A stretch of DNA of 33,440 bases, from contig JAGBVY010000104.1 in NCBI GenBank assembly GCA_017630115.1, positions 1 to 33,440 on the forward strand, in the 5' to 3' direction. The notes under the pieces are model-generated. The model searched no databases. It was not told the DNA's origin and saw only the letters and a program-made list of their open reading frames with translations. Positions within the stretch are counted from its first letter, which is position 1, and each line of letters begins with the position of its first letter. Below, in pieces: positions 17,544 to 26,750 of the stretch. This stretch comes from Tidjanibacter sp. (GTDB lineage: Bacteria; Bacteroidota; Bacteroidia; Bacteroidales; Rikenellaceae). The position numbers and the translations under genes were made by a program.

Positions 17544-18418
17544 AACGTTTTCGTTAGTTCCAAAATTGTATCTCTGACCTGCTCCATAAGCCAGTGGGGT
17601 GTGGAGGTTGCTCCGCAGATACCCACATTTTCTACCCCCTCAAACATCTCGGCTCGCAACTCCTCGGGCGACTCAATCTTTATGCTGTGGGGGTTGGCGT
17701 TGTGGCAGGTCTCAAAGAGCACCTTGCCGTTGGAACTCTTTGCACCACAAACAAATACCACCATATCACACTCCGATGCAAAGGCCCTGAGGTGTTCCTC
17801 GCGACCTGCCACCTGTCGGCAGATGGTATCTCTGACTACGACACTCTCAGGATTGGTAGAGCGACTCAGCACCTCATCTCTTACTTGTGAAAAGAGAGCA
17901 AGGCTCTGGGTGGTCTGCGATAGCAGAAATATGGGGTGGTTGAAATCAATCTCGTCGAGGTCGGAGAGTTTTTCGACAACAATAGCCCTGTTGTCAATCT
18001 GACCGTTGAGGCCCACAACTTCGGCGTGGCCCTTCTTGCCCAAAATCAACACCCTGCCTCCAACCTCGCTCATCTGGCGGTCGGCCTCGATGGTGAGTTT
18101 TTGGAGCTTGGCCACAACGGGGCAGGTGGCGTCGGCATAGCCGAGGGCGCACTCTTCAAGCCTATGGTAGGTGCTCTTAGGCTCGCCGTGGGCGCGAATG
18201 AGGACTTTGGTGTTGCTGCTGGGGGCTATGTTGGCCAGTTCGGCGTGGGATATGGTCCTTACGCCCAGCCTTTCGAGGCGTGCCACTTCGAGGTCGTTGT
18301 GGACAATGTCGCCCAACGAATAGACCGAGCACCCCTCGGCCACAAGTTCCTCGGCTTTCGATATGGCGCTCACCACACCATAGCAGAATCCCGACTTGGT
18401 ATCTATCGTAACTTTCAT
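17540..18418 (-). CDS. ispH: 4-hydroxy-3-methylbut-2-enyl diphosphate reductase
   Basis: GFCYGV, IVHN, IRAHG, DATCPVV, HAEV, SQTT, DTICRQV, SSNG, GATSTP. Confidence 0.97.
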   Translation of the reverse strand: MKVTIDTKSGFCYGVVSAISKAEELVAEGCSVYSLGDIVHNDLEVARLERLGVRTISHAELANIAPSSNTKVLIRAHGEPKSTYHRLEECALGYADATCPVVAKLQKLTIEADRQMSEVGGRVLILGKKGHAEVVGLNGQIDNRAIVVEKLSDLDEIDFNHPIFLLSQTTQSLALFSQVRDEVLSRSTNPESVVVRDTICRQVAGREEHLRAFASECDMVVFVCGAKSSNGKVLFETCHNANPHSIKIESPEELRAEMFEGVENVGICGATSTPHWLMEQVRDTILELTKTL

Positions 18419-18445
18419 AAGTAGCCAATTGTTCCAATTTGAGCC

Positions 18446-19162
18446 CTATGCACCCAAAACCTCGCGGAGCCTCTCCTGAAACCACTCCAACTCCTCTTCG
18501 AGGGTCATACCACCATTGTCAAGCACTATGGCGTCGTCGGCCTTACGCAAGGGGCTGATAGTGCGGGTTTGGTCGAGGTGGTCGCGTTGGCGGATGTTCT
18601 CCACAATCTCCTCTCGGCACACCTCCTCGCCTTTGGCAAGCAGTTCTTTGTAGCGACGCTCGGCCCTCACTTCGGGGTCGGCGGTCATAAAAATCTTCAT
18701 CTCGGCATTGGGGAATACCACCGTGCCGATGTCGCGGCCATCCATAACCACACCCTTGTCGCGGCCCATCTCCTGTTGTAGGGCCACCAGACGAGCCCTC
18801 ACCTCGCCAATGGCGCTGACCGCGCTGACGAGGTTGCTGACGGTGATGGTGCGAATCTTGCCCTCAACCCACTCGTCGTTGATGTAGATGTCGCTCGCAC
18901 CCCTCTCGGGATTGAAGCGGAAGGATATGTGGATGTTGTCCAGTTCGCCCACCAAGCGCTCCTCGTTGAGGATACCCCTCTCAACACAGTCGTGCTCAAT
19001 GGCGTAGAGGGTTACGGCACGATACATTGCGCCCGTGTCGATGAAGATGTAGCCCATATGTGCAGCCACCATCTTCGCGAAGGTACTCTTGCCACACGAC
19101 GAGAATCCATCGACGGCAATAACAATTTTTTTATTTGGTCTTGAATAGCTTGCTAAATTCAT
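18446..19162 (-). CDS. cmk: Cytidylate kinase
   Basis: IAVDGFSSCGKST, IDTGAMYRAV, VMDGRDIGTVVFP, RDHLD. Confidence 0.97.
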   Translation of the reverse strand: MNLASYSRPNKKIVIAVDGFSSCGKSTFAKMVAAHMGYIFIDTGAMYRAVTLYAIEHDCVERGILNEERLVGELDNIHISFRFNPERGASDIYINDEWVEGKIRTITVSNLVSAVSAIGEVRARLVALQQEMGRDKGVVMDGRDIGTVVFPNAEMKIFMTADPEVRAERRYKELLAKGEEVCREEIVENIRQRDHLDQTRTISPLRKADDAIVLDNGGMTLEEELEWFQERLREVLGA

Positions 19163-19820
19163 TGAAGTGTATGTCTATTTGTAGATCGGAAATCATCGAA
19201 ATCAGTAGCGACACGCCAATCAGGGTGATGACAATGCCGGAAATGCGGTTTATCCAGAGCAGGTGGCGTGGGCGGAAGTACTTGCGAATCATTTTCAGCA
19301 GCGACGAGAGTCCTATCCACCAGCCTGCACATCCGGTGAAGATGCCCAAAATCATTGAGGCATTGGCAAATGCGTTCTCGTCAGTGTCGTAGAATCCCAT
19401 CGACTTTACGGTGGCAATCAAGGCTATGTGTACCAAGATGTAGGCTGGATTGGCAAAGCTCAATAGGAAGCCCGAGGCGTAGTCCTTCCAGTTGAGGTGG
19501 TCGCCTTGCGCCTTGTTGCGTCGGAGCTGCATATCGGGCTTCTTCAAGAATATGTTCACACCAAAGGCTGCAATGCAGATGCCCGCAATGCACTTTATGA
19601 GCAACATATTACTCTCAATAAATCCCGTCACAAACGAGAGCGAGAAGAAAGCAATAGAGGCGTAGAAGGTGTCGCTGGTGGCGATACCCAAGCCTGTGGA
19701 AATACCCGAGAACCACCCCTTGCTCACATTGCGCTGGATGGTTAGTATGGCGGTTGGTCCGGGTGGCATAGAGGCCATACAGCCTACCATAACTCCGCCT
19801 ATGAAAGTCATCAACCACAT
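19131..19820 (-). CDS. LysE/RhtB-family transporter
   Basis: PPGP..IL, G...GLG...D..Y, GFLLSFANP, WINRISG; multiple TM segments. Confidence 0.88.
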   Translation of the reverse strand: MWLMTFIGGVMVGCMASMPPGPTAILTIQRNVSKGWFSGISTGLGIATSDTFYASIAFFSLSFVTGFIESNMLLIKCIAGICIAAFGVNIFLKKPDMQLRRNKAQGDHLNWKDYASGFLLSFANPAYILVHIALIATVKSMGFYDTDENAFANASMILGIFTGCAGWWIGLSSLLKMIRKYFRPRHLLWINRISGIVITLIGVSLLISMISDLQIDIHFNEFSKLFKTK

Positions 19821-19890
19821 AATTTATTTTGTCTAATGTCTAACATCGAGTGTGCCTTGTTGCGTTACGCTTGCTTCGGAAGTCCTCCTG

Positions 19891-19939
19891 CCGCCTACCG
19901 TCAACCGCCTACCGTCAACCGTCAACCGTCAACCGTCTG
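19891..19939. repeat. Heptamer array (CCGTCAA/CCGCCTA)x7
   Basis: ccgccta ccgtcaa ccgccta ccgtcaa ccgtcaa ccgtcaa ccgtctg. Confidence 0.9.
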
Positions 19940-19946
19940 CTGACTG

Positions 19947-20112
19947 CTGGGAGGACTGGGAGTACTGAGAGTACTGAGAGTACTGGAAATAACCCAGAGA
20001 ACCCAGTAAGCCCAGTAAACCCAGTAAGCCCAGTAAACCCAGTAAACCCAGTAAGCCCAGCAACTTGGGCCTTATAGGCCTTATACGCCCTAAGTTCCCT
20101 AATATCCCTAAC
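19947..20112. repeat. Compound 9-bp arrays: (CTGRGAGTA)-like x5, (CCCAGTAAR)-like x8, then GGCCTTATA/CCCTAA units
   Basis: Read directly from the sequence; the first two arrays are inverted relative to each other (TACTGGG vs CCCAGTA). Confidence 0.9.
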
Positions 20113-20158
20113 AATTCTCAATTTTCACCTCTCGGCTTGACGCATAGTTTTCCATTTA

Positions 20159-20166
20159 CAAAGATA
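20159..20166 (-). promoter_or_regulatory. Candidate -7 element for the lysE-cmk-ispH-S41 run
   Basis: TATCTTTG on the minus strand; a divergent TATTTTTG at 20263-20270 (+) probably serves lnt. Confidence 0.5.
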
Positions 20167-20362
20167 GTGTTTTTGGGGCAATAAATAGACTCTCATAGCA
20201 GGAAAAATGGGCGGGGATGAAAAATTATTTATCCGATTGGAGTAATATCCCACCAAAAAGGTTATTTTTGTAAAAAATAAAGGCTTTTGTTTGTCTGTTT
20301 CATCCCCGAGGCAGAAATATCCTTTGGGGTGGGGCAGCCGAACGACCAACAAATAGGCAACA

Positions 20363-21985
20363 ATGAGAATTACTCTAAAAAGATACCAACGCCTTCTATT
20401 GGCTCTATTGAGCATCGTTTTGCTCAGTTTGGGATGGCTGCGTGTAAGTGGCCTAACGCTCTTTGTGGCACTCGTGCCGCTACTACTCATATCGGCCTCC
20501 TACGACTCATCGCGTCGCCATTGGTGGGCTATGGCGGGGTGGACTTCGCTGGTTATGGGTGGGTGGTGTGTGGCCACTTGTTGGTGGATTTACTACGCTG
20601 CGGCTGTCGGTATTGTGGCCGCTACTATTGTGCAGATTCTGCTCTTTGGTGGTGTGCTGATGATCTACCACCACTTCTCCAAGCGCGCACGCCCCATACA
20701 CGCCTACACTACCCTCATTGCGGGTTGGCTCTGGGCCGAACACCTCTACCTCCACGGCGAGATTTCGTTCCCTTGGCTAGTCTTGGGCAACGGCTTTGCA
20801 GGCGACGTGTGGGCGGTGCAGTGGTATGAGCTGACGGGCGCACTGGGTGGCTCACTCTGGGTGTTGATTGTCAATGTATTGCTCTTTGAGGCGTTGGTTG
20901 GTGGCAAGCCTCGAAGGAGGGGTTATGTTGTAGCCTCTCTGGTGGCTTTGGTCCTTCCCATTGTGGCTTCGCTCATTATAGGTGCAACCTATGCCGAGCC
21001 CGAAGGTGCTCCGAAGGCAAAGGTGACTGTTGTGCAGCCCAACTTCGACCCCTACACCGAAAAATACACCACCCCCACAGCTCGACAGCTTGCCATACTC
21101 ACCTCACTCATCGGCACCGCCCCCTCGGATGTGGACTTCATTGTTTTGCCCGAGACGGTTATTGGCGATAGTGGCGACGCTATTTGGGAGGATAGGCACC
21201 TAGCGAGTGGCTCGGTGGCTCAACTGGAACGATATAGGGCACAACGCTTCCCCGAGGCGCAGATTGTTGTGGGGGCAATGACCTATCACCGCTATCCCGA
21301 CCCGGCCAAGGCCAGCCCAACGGCTCGCAGGAGTGGCTCGCTCTGCTACGACCGCTACAATGCCGCATTGGCCCTCGATGGCGACTCAACTCTCAAAGTG
21401 AGCCACAAGTCGCGCCTTGTGGTGGGAGTGGAGAAGATGCCCTATATGAACTTGCTCAAACCGCTCGAAAAACTGATTGTCGATATGGGCGGCACAACGG
21501 GTCAGCTTGGTACGGACAAGTATCGTCGCACCTTCTACCTACGCAATTCGCGTTTCCCCTATGGGGTGTCGGTGGCAGCCCCAATATGCTATGAGTCGGT
21601 CTATGGTGACCACTTTGGCGCTTTTGCGACCGACGGAGCCGAGATTATGATGGTCATCACCAACGACGGGTGGTGGCACGATACGGAGGGTTACCGTCAG
21701 CACTTCTCCTACTCACGCCTGAGGGCTATTGAGAGTCGTCGTTGGGTGTGTCGTGCGGCCAACACCGGCATTAGTGGATTCATCTCGCCCACGGGAGAGG
21801 TGGTGCAGAGGCTCGGTTGGGACAAGCGAGGCTCGCTCACCCAGAGCGTGACCCCCTTGCGTGAGCCCACTTTCTACGCCAAGGCAGGCGACTATATTGG
21901 TCGCCTCGGCACATACCTATTCATACTCTCGTTGCTCTACTATGTGAGCTACCGCATACGTCGTCGCAACCACCTTGTAAACTGA
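20363..21985 (+). CDS. lnt: Apolipoprotein N-acyltransferase
   Basis: N-terminal TM bundle, FPWLVLG, VVQPN, LPET (Glu), HKSRLVVGVE (Lys), ICYES (Cys), TNDGWW, RAANTGIS. Confidence 0.95.
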   Translation: MRITLKRYQRLLLALLSIVLLSLGWLRVSGLTLFVALVPLLLISASYDSSRRHWWAMAGWTSLVMGGWCVATCWWIYYAAAVGIVAATIVQILLFGGVLMIYHHFSKRARPIHAYTTLIAGWLWAEHLYLHGEISFPWLVLGNGFAGDVWAVQWYELTGALGGSLWVLIVNVLLFEALVGGKPRRRGYVVASLVALVLPIVASLIIGATYAEPEGAPKAKVTVVQPNFDPYTEKYTTPTARQLAILTSLIGTAPSDVDFIVLPETVIGDSGDAIWEDRHLASGSVAQLERYRAQRFPEAQIVVGAMTYHRYPDPAKASPTARRSGSLCYDRYNAALALDGDSTLKVSHKSRLVVGVEKMPYMNLLKPLEKLIVDMGGTTGQLGTDKYRRTFYLRNSRFPYGVSVAAPICYESVYGDHFGAFATDGAEIMMVITNDGWWHDTEGYRQHFSYSRLRAIESRRWVCRAANTGISGFISPTGEVVQRLGWDKRGSLTQSVTPLREPTFYAKAGDYIGRLGTYLFILSLLYYVSYRIRRRNHLVN

Positions 21986-22037
21986 TAATCAGGCCTATTG
22001 TGGGCCGTCAAACCAATAAATACACCTCTCCAAAGAA

Positions 22038-23333
22038 ATGAACTACACACAGACAACCCAATTCTTATTCAACTCCTTTCCCTCCTACCAACACGTTGGC
22101 CCGGGTGCCTACAAGGAGGGACTGCAAAACATAACCGAGATGTGTCGCCGTCTGGACAACCCCCAGCGCAACTACTTCACCATCCACGTTGCCGGCACCA
22201 ATGGTAAGGGGTCGGTGTCGCACATCCTCGCCTCGATTTTGCAGCAGGCGGGCTACTGTGTGGGTCTTTTTACTTCGCCCCACTTGGTTGATTTTCGTGA
22301 GCGTATCAGGGTCAATGGCAAGTCCATAAGCGAGAGGGATGTTGTTGCCTTTGTGCGTAAGCACCGTGAGGAGATGGTGTCGCTTGGGCTCTCATTCTTC
22401 GAGATGACCACAGCTATGGCTTTCGACTACTTCTCCGAGCAAGATGTTGAGGTGGCGGTGATTGAGACAGGGCTCGGTGGTAGGCTCGATTCGACTAATA
22501 TCATCACCCCCATACTCTCGGTCATCACCAACATCGGACTCGAACATACAGCAATGCTTGGCTCTACCCTGCGAGAGATTGCCTTCGAGAAGGCTGGTAT
22601 CATCAAGCGCGATGTGCCTGTTGTGGTGGGTGAGAGTCAGGAGGAGAGTGATGAGGTCTTTGATGGCGTGGCTGCCGAGCGAGGTGCCCACCTCGTCTAT
22701 GCCGATAGGGAGTGGGAGGTGGTCGATACGGAGCCCTCAGCCCAGAGTGTGCGCTACCACATCCAGCGTCCTCGTGACGGCCGCACCCAGATACTCGATT
22801 TGGACCTTATGGGTAGCTATCAGCGCAAAAATATCCTCACAGTTCGCACCGCGGTGAGCCTACTGCGCCACCGTACACCTCTGAATATCTCCACCCGCGC
22901 TTTGGTGGAGGGTGTGCGCTCGGTGGTGGAGAGCACGGGTCTTATGGGTCGTTGGCAGAGGTTGGGTCAGTCGCCTGCGGTCTATTGCGATACGGGTCAT
23001 AACGCCCACGGACTCAGGGAGGTGGTGGCTCAGATTGAGGCTCAGAAGTACAACAGGCTTTTTATGGTTGTGGGTATGGTCAACGACAAAGATTTCGATG
23101 CGGTCATCCCTCTTATGCCCCACCAGGCATACTATATATTTACAGCACCCTCGGTGGCACGCGCCTTGCCTGCATCACAGTTGGCCGAGAAATTTGTAAG
23201 CGAGGGCTACGAGGGCGAGGTGGTCGAGGGAGTGCACGAGGCCTACCGCCGAGCAATTGAACTTGCCGGCCCAGAGGACTTTATCTTTGTTGGAGGCAGC
23301 AGCTTTGTAGTGGCTGACCTACTAAGCGAGTAG
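22038..23333 (+). CDS. folC: Folylpolyglutamate/dihydrofolate synthase
   Basis: HVAGTNGKGS, FTSPHL..FRERI, ETGLGGRLDSTN, EKAGIIK, DTGHN. Confidence 0.96.
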   Translation: MNYTQTTQFLFNSFPSYQHVGPGAYKEGLQNITEMCRRLDNPQRNYFTIHVAGTNGKGSVSHILASILQQAGYCVGLFTSPHLVDFRERIRVNGKSISERDVVAFVRKHREEMVSLGLSFFEMTTAMAFDYFSEQDVEVAVIETGLGGRLDSTNIITPILSVITNIGLEHTAMLGSTLREIAFEKAGIIKRDVPVVVGESQEESDEVFDGVAAERGAHLVYADREWEVVDTEPSAQSVRYHIQRPRDGRTQILDLDLMGSYQRKNILTVRTAVSLLRHRTPLNISTRALVEGVRSVVESTGLMGRWQRLGQSPAVYCDTGHNAHGLREVVAQIEAQKYNRLFMVVGMVNDKDFDAVIPLMPHQAYYIFTAPSVARALPASQLAEKFVSEGYEGEVVEGVHEAYRRAIELAGPEDFIFVGGSSFVVADLLSE

Positions 23334-23348
23334 TTAGAATTGAAAATT

Positions 23349-23466
23349 AAAAGCGCGGGTATTAAATTTAATGCCCGCGCTTTTTGGTCTAACGTCTAAC
23401 GTCTAACGTCAAACGACCTAAGTCAAAATAATTTCAATTTGAAATCGGGTATTAAAAAAGATACCC
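23349..23466 (+). repeat. Dispersed module copy 2: hairpin + (GTCTAAC)x3 + GTCAAACGACCTAAGTCAAAA, followed by a second degenerate GGGTAT..ATACCC hairpin
   Basis: aaaagcgcgggtattaaatttaatgcccgcgctttt tg gtctaacgtctaacgtctaacgtcaaacgacctaagtcaaaa; lies between convergent genes. Confidence 0.85.
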
Positions 23467-23516
23467 TCGCTATTGATTGTTGGGGTGTGTTGTTGGGTTG
23501 CACTAAGATATGCTTC

Positions 23517-24227
23517 CTACGAGAAGCGACGGAAGCGCAATCCCAACACACCCCAAAATGCCTCTCCAAATATGGAGCCGCTCATTTTCGATGTGCCTAA
23601 GGTGCGGTCGCGGAAGATTATGGAGACCTCCTTGATGTTGAAACCCAACTTCCAAGCCGTATATTTCATCTCAATCTGGAATCCGTAGCCCTTCATACGC
23701 ACACGACTGAGGTCGATGGTACGCAACACCTCGGCACGGTAGGCTACAAAACCGGCCGTGGCGTCCCTCACCGGCATACGGGTGATGCAACCCACATAGC
23801 GCGAGGCGCAGAACGACAAGAGCAGACGGCGCATCGGCCAATTGACCACATTGACTCCGCTCACATAGCGTGAGCCGATGGCTACATCGGCCCCCTGCTC
23901 CAACTCGGCTGTAAGTCGCACGAGGTCGTCGGGGTCGTGGGAGAAGTCGCAATCCATCTCATATACAGCCTCGTAGCCCCTATCCAAGGCCCAGCGGAAG
24001 CCTGCAATATAGGCTGTGCCGAGGCCTAGTTTACCCTCGCGTTCGAGCAGAAATAGGCGCTCGGGGTGGGCCTCAATGAGCCTCTTGACTATTGTCGCAG
24101 TGCCATCGGGTGAGCCGTCATCGACAATCAGTATGGAGTAGTCACCGACGAGCGAGAGAACCTTCTCGACCATAGCTTCGATGTTCTCACGTTCGTTGTA
24201 GGTTGGTATGATTATCAGTTTACGCAT
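23517..24227 (-). CDS. Polyprenol monophosphomannose synthase-like GT2 (DPM1/Ppm1-like; start probably 24227)
   Basis: IIPTYNERENI, VDDGSPDGT, KLGLGTAYI.GF, EMDCDFSHDP, GSRY, GYGFQIE. Confidence 0.92.
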   Translation of the reverse strand: MRKLIIIPTYNERENIEAMVEKVLSLVGDYSILIVDDGSPDGTATIVKRLIEAHPERLFLLEREGKLGLGTAYIAGFRWALDRGYEAVYEMDCDFSHDPDDLVRLTAELEQGADVAIGSRYVSGVNVVNWPMRRLLLSFCASRYVGCITRMPVRDATAGFVAYRAEVLRTIDLSRVRMKGYGFQIEMKYTAWKLGFNIKEVSIIFRDRTLGTSKMSGSIFGEAFWGVLGLRFRRFS

Positions 24228-24285
24228 TTGTTTCGGTAGGATTTTGCACAAAAATAGTTATTTTTGCCGAAAAGAATCACACATC

Positions 24286-25839
24286 GTGCCCAAAACACTA
24301 AATTTAACTCTTTCGCCCAAGCAAGCTGCCTCCACCGAAGGGTGGCTTTCGATTGCGGTCCGCACTCTCGGCATACGCCGCGAGCAGGTGGCTCTGGCCC
24401 GAGTGGTAAGGCGCTCGGTGGATGCCCGCCACCAAACTCCCAAAGTGTTGCTTACGGTAGAGATTTTTGTCGATGGCGACACTCTGCCCGAGGAGATTCA
24501 TTTCGACTACCCCGATGTAAACGGCAAGACGGAGGTAATTATTGTTGGCTCCGGCCCGGCAGGATTGTTTTGTGCCCTGAGGCTCATTGAGCTCGGCCTG
24601 AGGCCCATACTGCTCGAAAGGGGTCGCAAGGTGGACGATAGGCGCAGAGATATTGCCCAGATTCATCGTGGTGCAGGTGTCGATAGCGAGTCGAACTATG
24701 CCTTTGGTGAGGGTGGCGCAGGTACATTCTCCGACGGCAAGCTCTTCACTCGTTCCAAAAAGCGTGGCGACTACAACCGTGCACTCCAAACCCTCGTTTT
24801 CCACGGCGCTTCGCCTGAGATTCTCTACGAGGCCCACCCCCATATTGGTACCGACTGCCTGCCGAAAATTATTGAGCAGGTGCGCCAGACCATACTTCGT
24901 GCGGGGGGTCAGATATACTTCGACTCAAAGGTGACCGACATTGAGATTCGCAACCAGAGGGCTGTGGGTGTGTGGCTTGGCGATAGGCTTGTAGAGGGAG
25001 CCGCTGTGGTGCTCGCTACGGGTCACTCGGCCGACGACATCTACGAGATGCTCCACGCCAAGGGTGTGCTTTTGGAGGCTAAGTCGTGGGCTATGGGTGT
25101 GAGGGTAGAGCACCCTCAGTCGCTCATCGACCGCATACAGTACCATTCGGAGGATATGAGGGAGTGGCTGCCCGCAGCATCCTATACCCTCACTTCGCAG
25201 GTGGCCGGCAGGGGAGTCTATTCGTTCTGTATGTGTCCAGGCGGAGTGATTGTTCCGGCAATGACCGACTACCGCGAATGTGTTGTAAATGGTATGAGTG
25301 CTTCGGCACGCTCTTCGCGTTGGGCCAATGCAGGCATTGTTACGGAGGTTAGGCCCGAGGATTTCCCCCACCTCCACGAGGAGTGGGGTGTGTTGGCGGG
25401 TTTGAAATACCGTCAGCAACTCGAACGTCACGCCGCCGAGATTGTTGGTGGCGAAGGTACAGCCCCCGCACAGCGTCTGGCCGACTTTGTGGCCGGCAGG
25501 GTGTCGATAGACCTCCCACGCACGAGCTATCTGCCTCGGGCTGTGGCGCGACGTGGCGAGGAGTGGTTGCCCGACTATATGGCTCACGCACTCCGAGGCG
25601 GTTTTAGTCAATGGGGCGCTCGTATGAGGGGCTTTGTGACCAATCAGGCTCAAATCATAGGTCTTGAATCGCGCACCTCTACCCCTGTTCGTATTCCTCG
25701 CGATAAGGATACTTTTGAACACCCCACCGTAAGCCACCTCTACCCAACGGGCGAGGGAGCTGGCTATGCAGGAGGTATCATCTCGGCAGCCTTGGATGGC
25801 ACTCGTGTGGCTGAAATGGTAGCCGCAAAGATTAAGTAG
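24286..25839 (+). CDS. FAD-dependent oxidoreductase, uncharacterised family (start probably GTG 24286)
   Basis: IVGSGPAGLF, FGEGGAGTFSDGKL, HIGTD, FCMCPGG, GEGAGYAGGI.SAA.DG; TATTTTTG promoter element at 24259-24266. Confidence 0.9.
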   Translation: MPKTLNLTLSPKQAASTEGWLSIAVRTLGIRREQVALARVVRRSVDARHQTPKVLLTVEIFVDGDTLPEEIHFDYPDVNGKTEVIIVGSGPAGLFCALRLIELGLRPILLERGRKVDDRRRDIAQIHRGAGVDSESNYAFGEGGAGTFSDGKLFTRSKKRGDYNRALQTLVFHGASPEILYEAHPHIGTDCLPKIIEQVRQTILRAGGQIYFDSKVTDIEIRNQRAVGVWLGDRLVEGAAVVLATGHSADDIYEMLHAKGVLLEAKSWAMGVRVEHPQSLIDRIQYHSEDMREWLPAASYTLTSQVAGRGVYSFCMCPGGVIVPAMTDYRECVVNGMSASARSSRWANAGIVTEVRPEDFPHLHEEWGVLAGLKYRQQLERHAAEIVGGEGTAPAQRLADFVAGRVSIDLPRTSYLPRAVARRGEEWLPDYMAHALRGGFSQWGARMRGFVTNQAQIIGLESRTSTPVRIPRDKDTFEHPTVSHLYPTGEGAGYAGGIISAALDGTRVAEMVAAKIK

Positions 25840-25862
25840 GGGATAAGTTCGGTTATTTTTCG

Positions 25863-25870
25863 TATATTTG
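25863..25870 (+). promoter_or_regulatory. -7 element for the glycosyltransferase-Stealth pair
   Basis: TATATTTG about 40 bp upstream of ATG 25910. Confidence 0.55.
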
Positions 25871-25909
25871 TAGTAGCATTAACCACAACCACATTATTTT
25901 TTAGCCACA

Positions 25910-26743
25910 ATGAAACGAATCTGTGCCCTCACAATGGTACGCAACGACGAATTCTACCTACGCAAGTGGGTGGAGTACTATGGTCGTGAACTGGGGCGCG
26001 AAAATCTATATGTCTATTTCGATGGCACCGACCAGAGTGTACCCTCGTGGTGTGAGGGTGTGAATGTGACTGTGTGCGAGAAGGTGGTGGGCAAGGTAGC
26101 CCGAGCCGACAAAGGACGCATAGAGTTTCTCTCGGGCGTGGCGGCAGGGCTGTTTGAGAAGTACGACCTTGTAATTGGCACCGATGCCGACGAGATATTG
26201 GTTGTTGACCCTGCTCTGGGAGTGTCGCTGAGAGAGTTCCTCAGCAGACAACCTATAAGTAGCTCGCTCTCTGGATTGGGTGTGGATGTGGGACAAAACA
26301 CCCGATTGGAAGGGCCAATCAGAGAGGATGCCCCCTTCCTTTCACAACGTCACTATGGTCGCCTTTCGAGCCGCTACACCAAAGCCAATGTGCTTGCCCG
26401 TCCGCTCCGTTGGGGGTCGGGCTTCCACCGTGTTAAGGGTCACAATTTCCACATTACCAAAGGGTTGTATTTGTTCCATTTTGGCTACTTCGACTTGGGT
26501 CGCATCGAGGCCCGCTTTGCCGACCCTTCGCGTAGGGCCGATGGGTGGACCAAACATCTGGCCAAACGTTCTAAGACCATACGCCTCTGTTCGTCGCGCA
26601 AGGCCCACAAGTGGGAGTGTAGCGTGAGGCTGGCCCGTTGGGTGCAGACCCTCTTCCGTCCCCCTTATGCTCTGAACAAACCCTCTATGTTGGAGCAGGT
26701 GGTTATTGTAGAGATTCCCGAAAGATTCCACAACATTGTTTAG
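25910..26743 (+). CDS. Glycosyltransferase family 2-like protein
   Basis: TMVRNDEFYL.KWVEYYG, FDGTD, TDADE (DxD), WGSGFH, LFHFG. Confidence 0.8.
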   Translation: MKRICALTMVRNDEFYLRKWVEYYGRELGRENLYVYFDGTDQSVPSWCEGVNVTVCEKVVGKVARADKGRIEFLSGVAAGLFEKYDLVIGTDADEILVVDPALGVSLREFLSRQPISSSLSGLGVDVGQNTRLEGPIREDAPFLSQRHYGRLSSRYTKANVLARPLRWGSGFHRVKGHNFHITKGLYLFHFGYFDLGRIEARFADPSRRADGWTKHLAKRSKTIRLCSSRKAHKWECSVRLARWVQTLFRPPYALNKPSMLEQVVIVEIPERFHNIV

Positions 26744-26750
26744 ATAGGCT

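Noticed and set aside
19891-20112. Possible CRISPR array
   Set aside because: Units are 7-9 bp and contiguous, with no unique spacers and no cas genes.
19850-20121. Short ORFs with repeated tripeptides (NPV/SPV, LLG, TGF)
   Set aside because: These are translations of the 9-bp arrays, open in several frames on both strands, with no evidence of coding. The same applies to 6747-7055.
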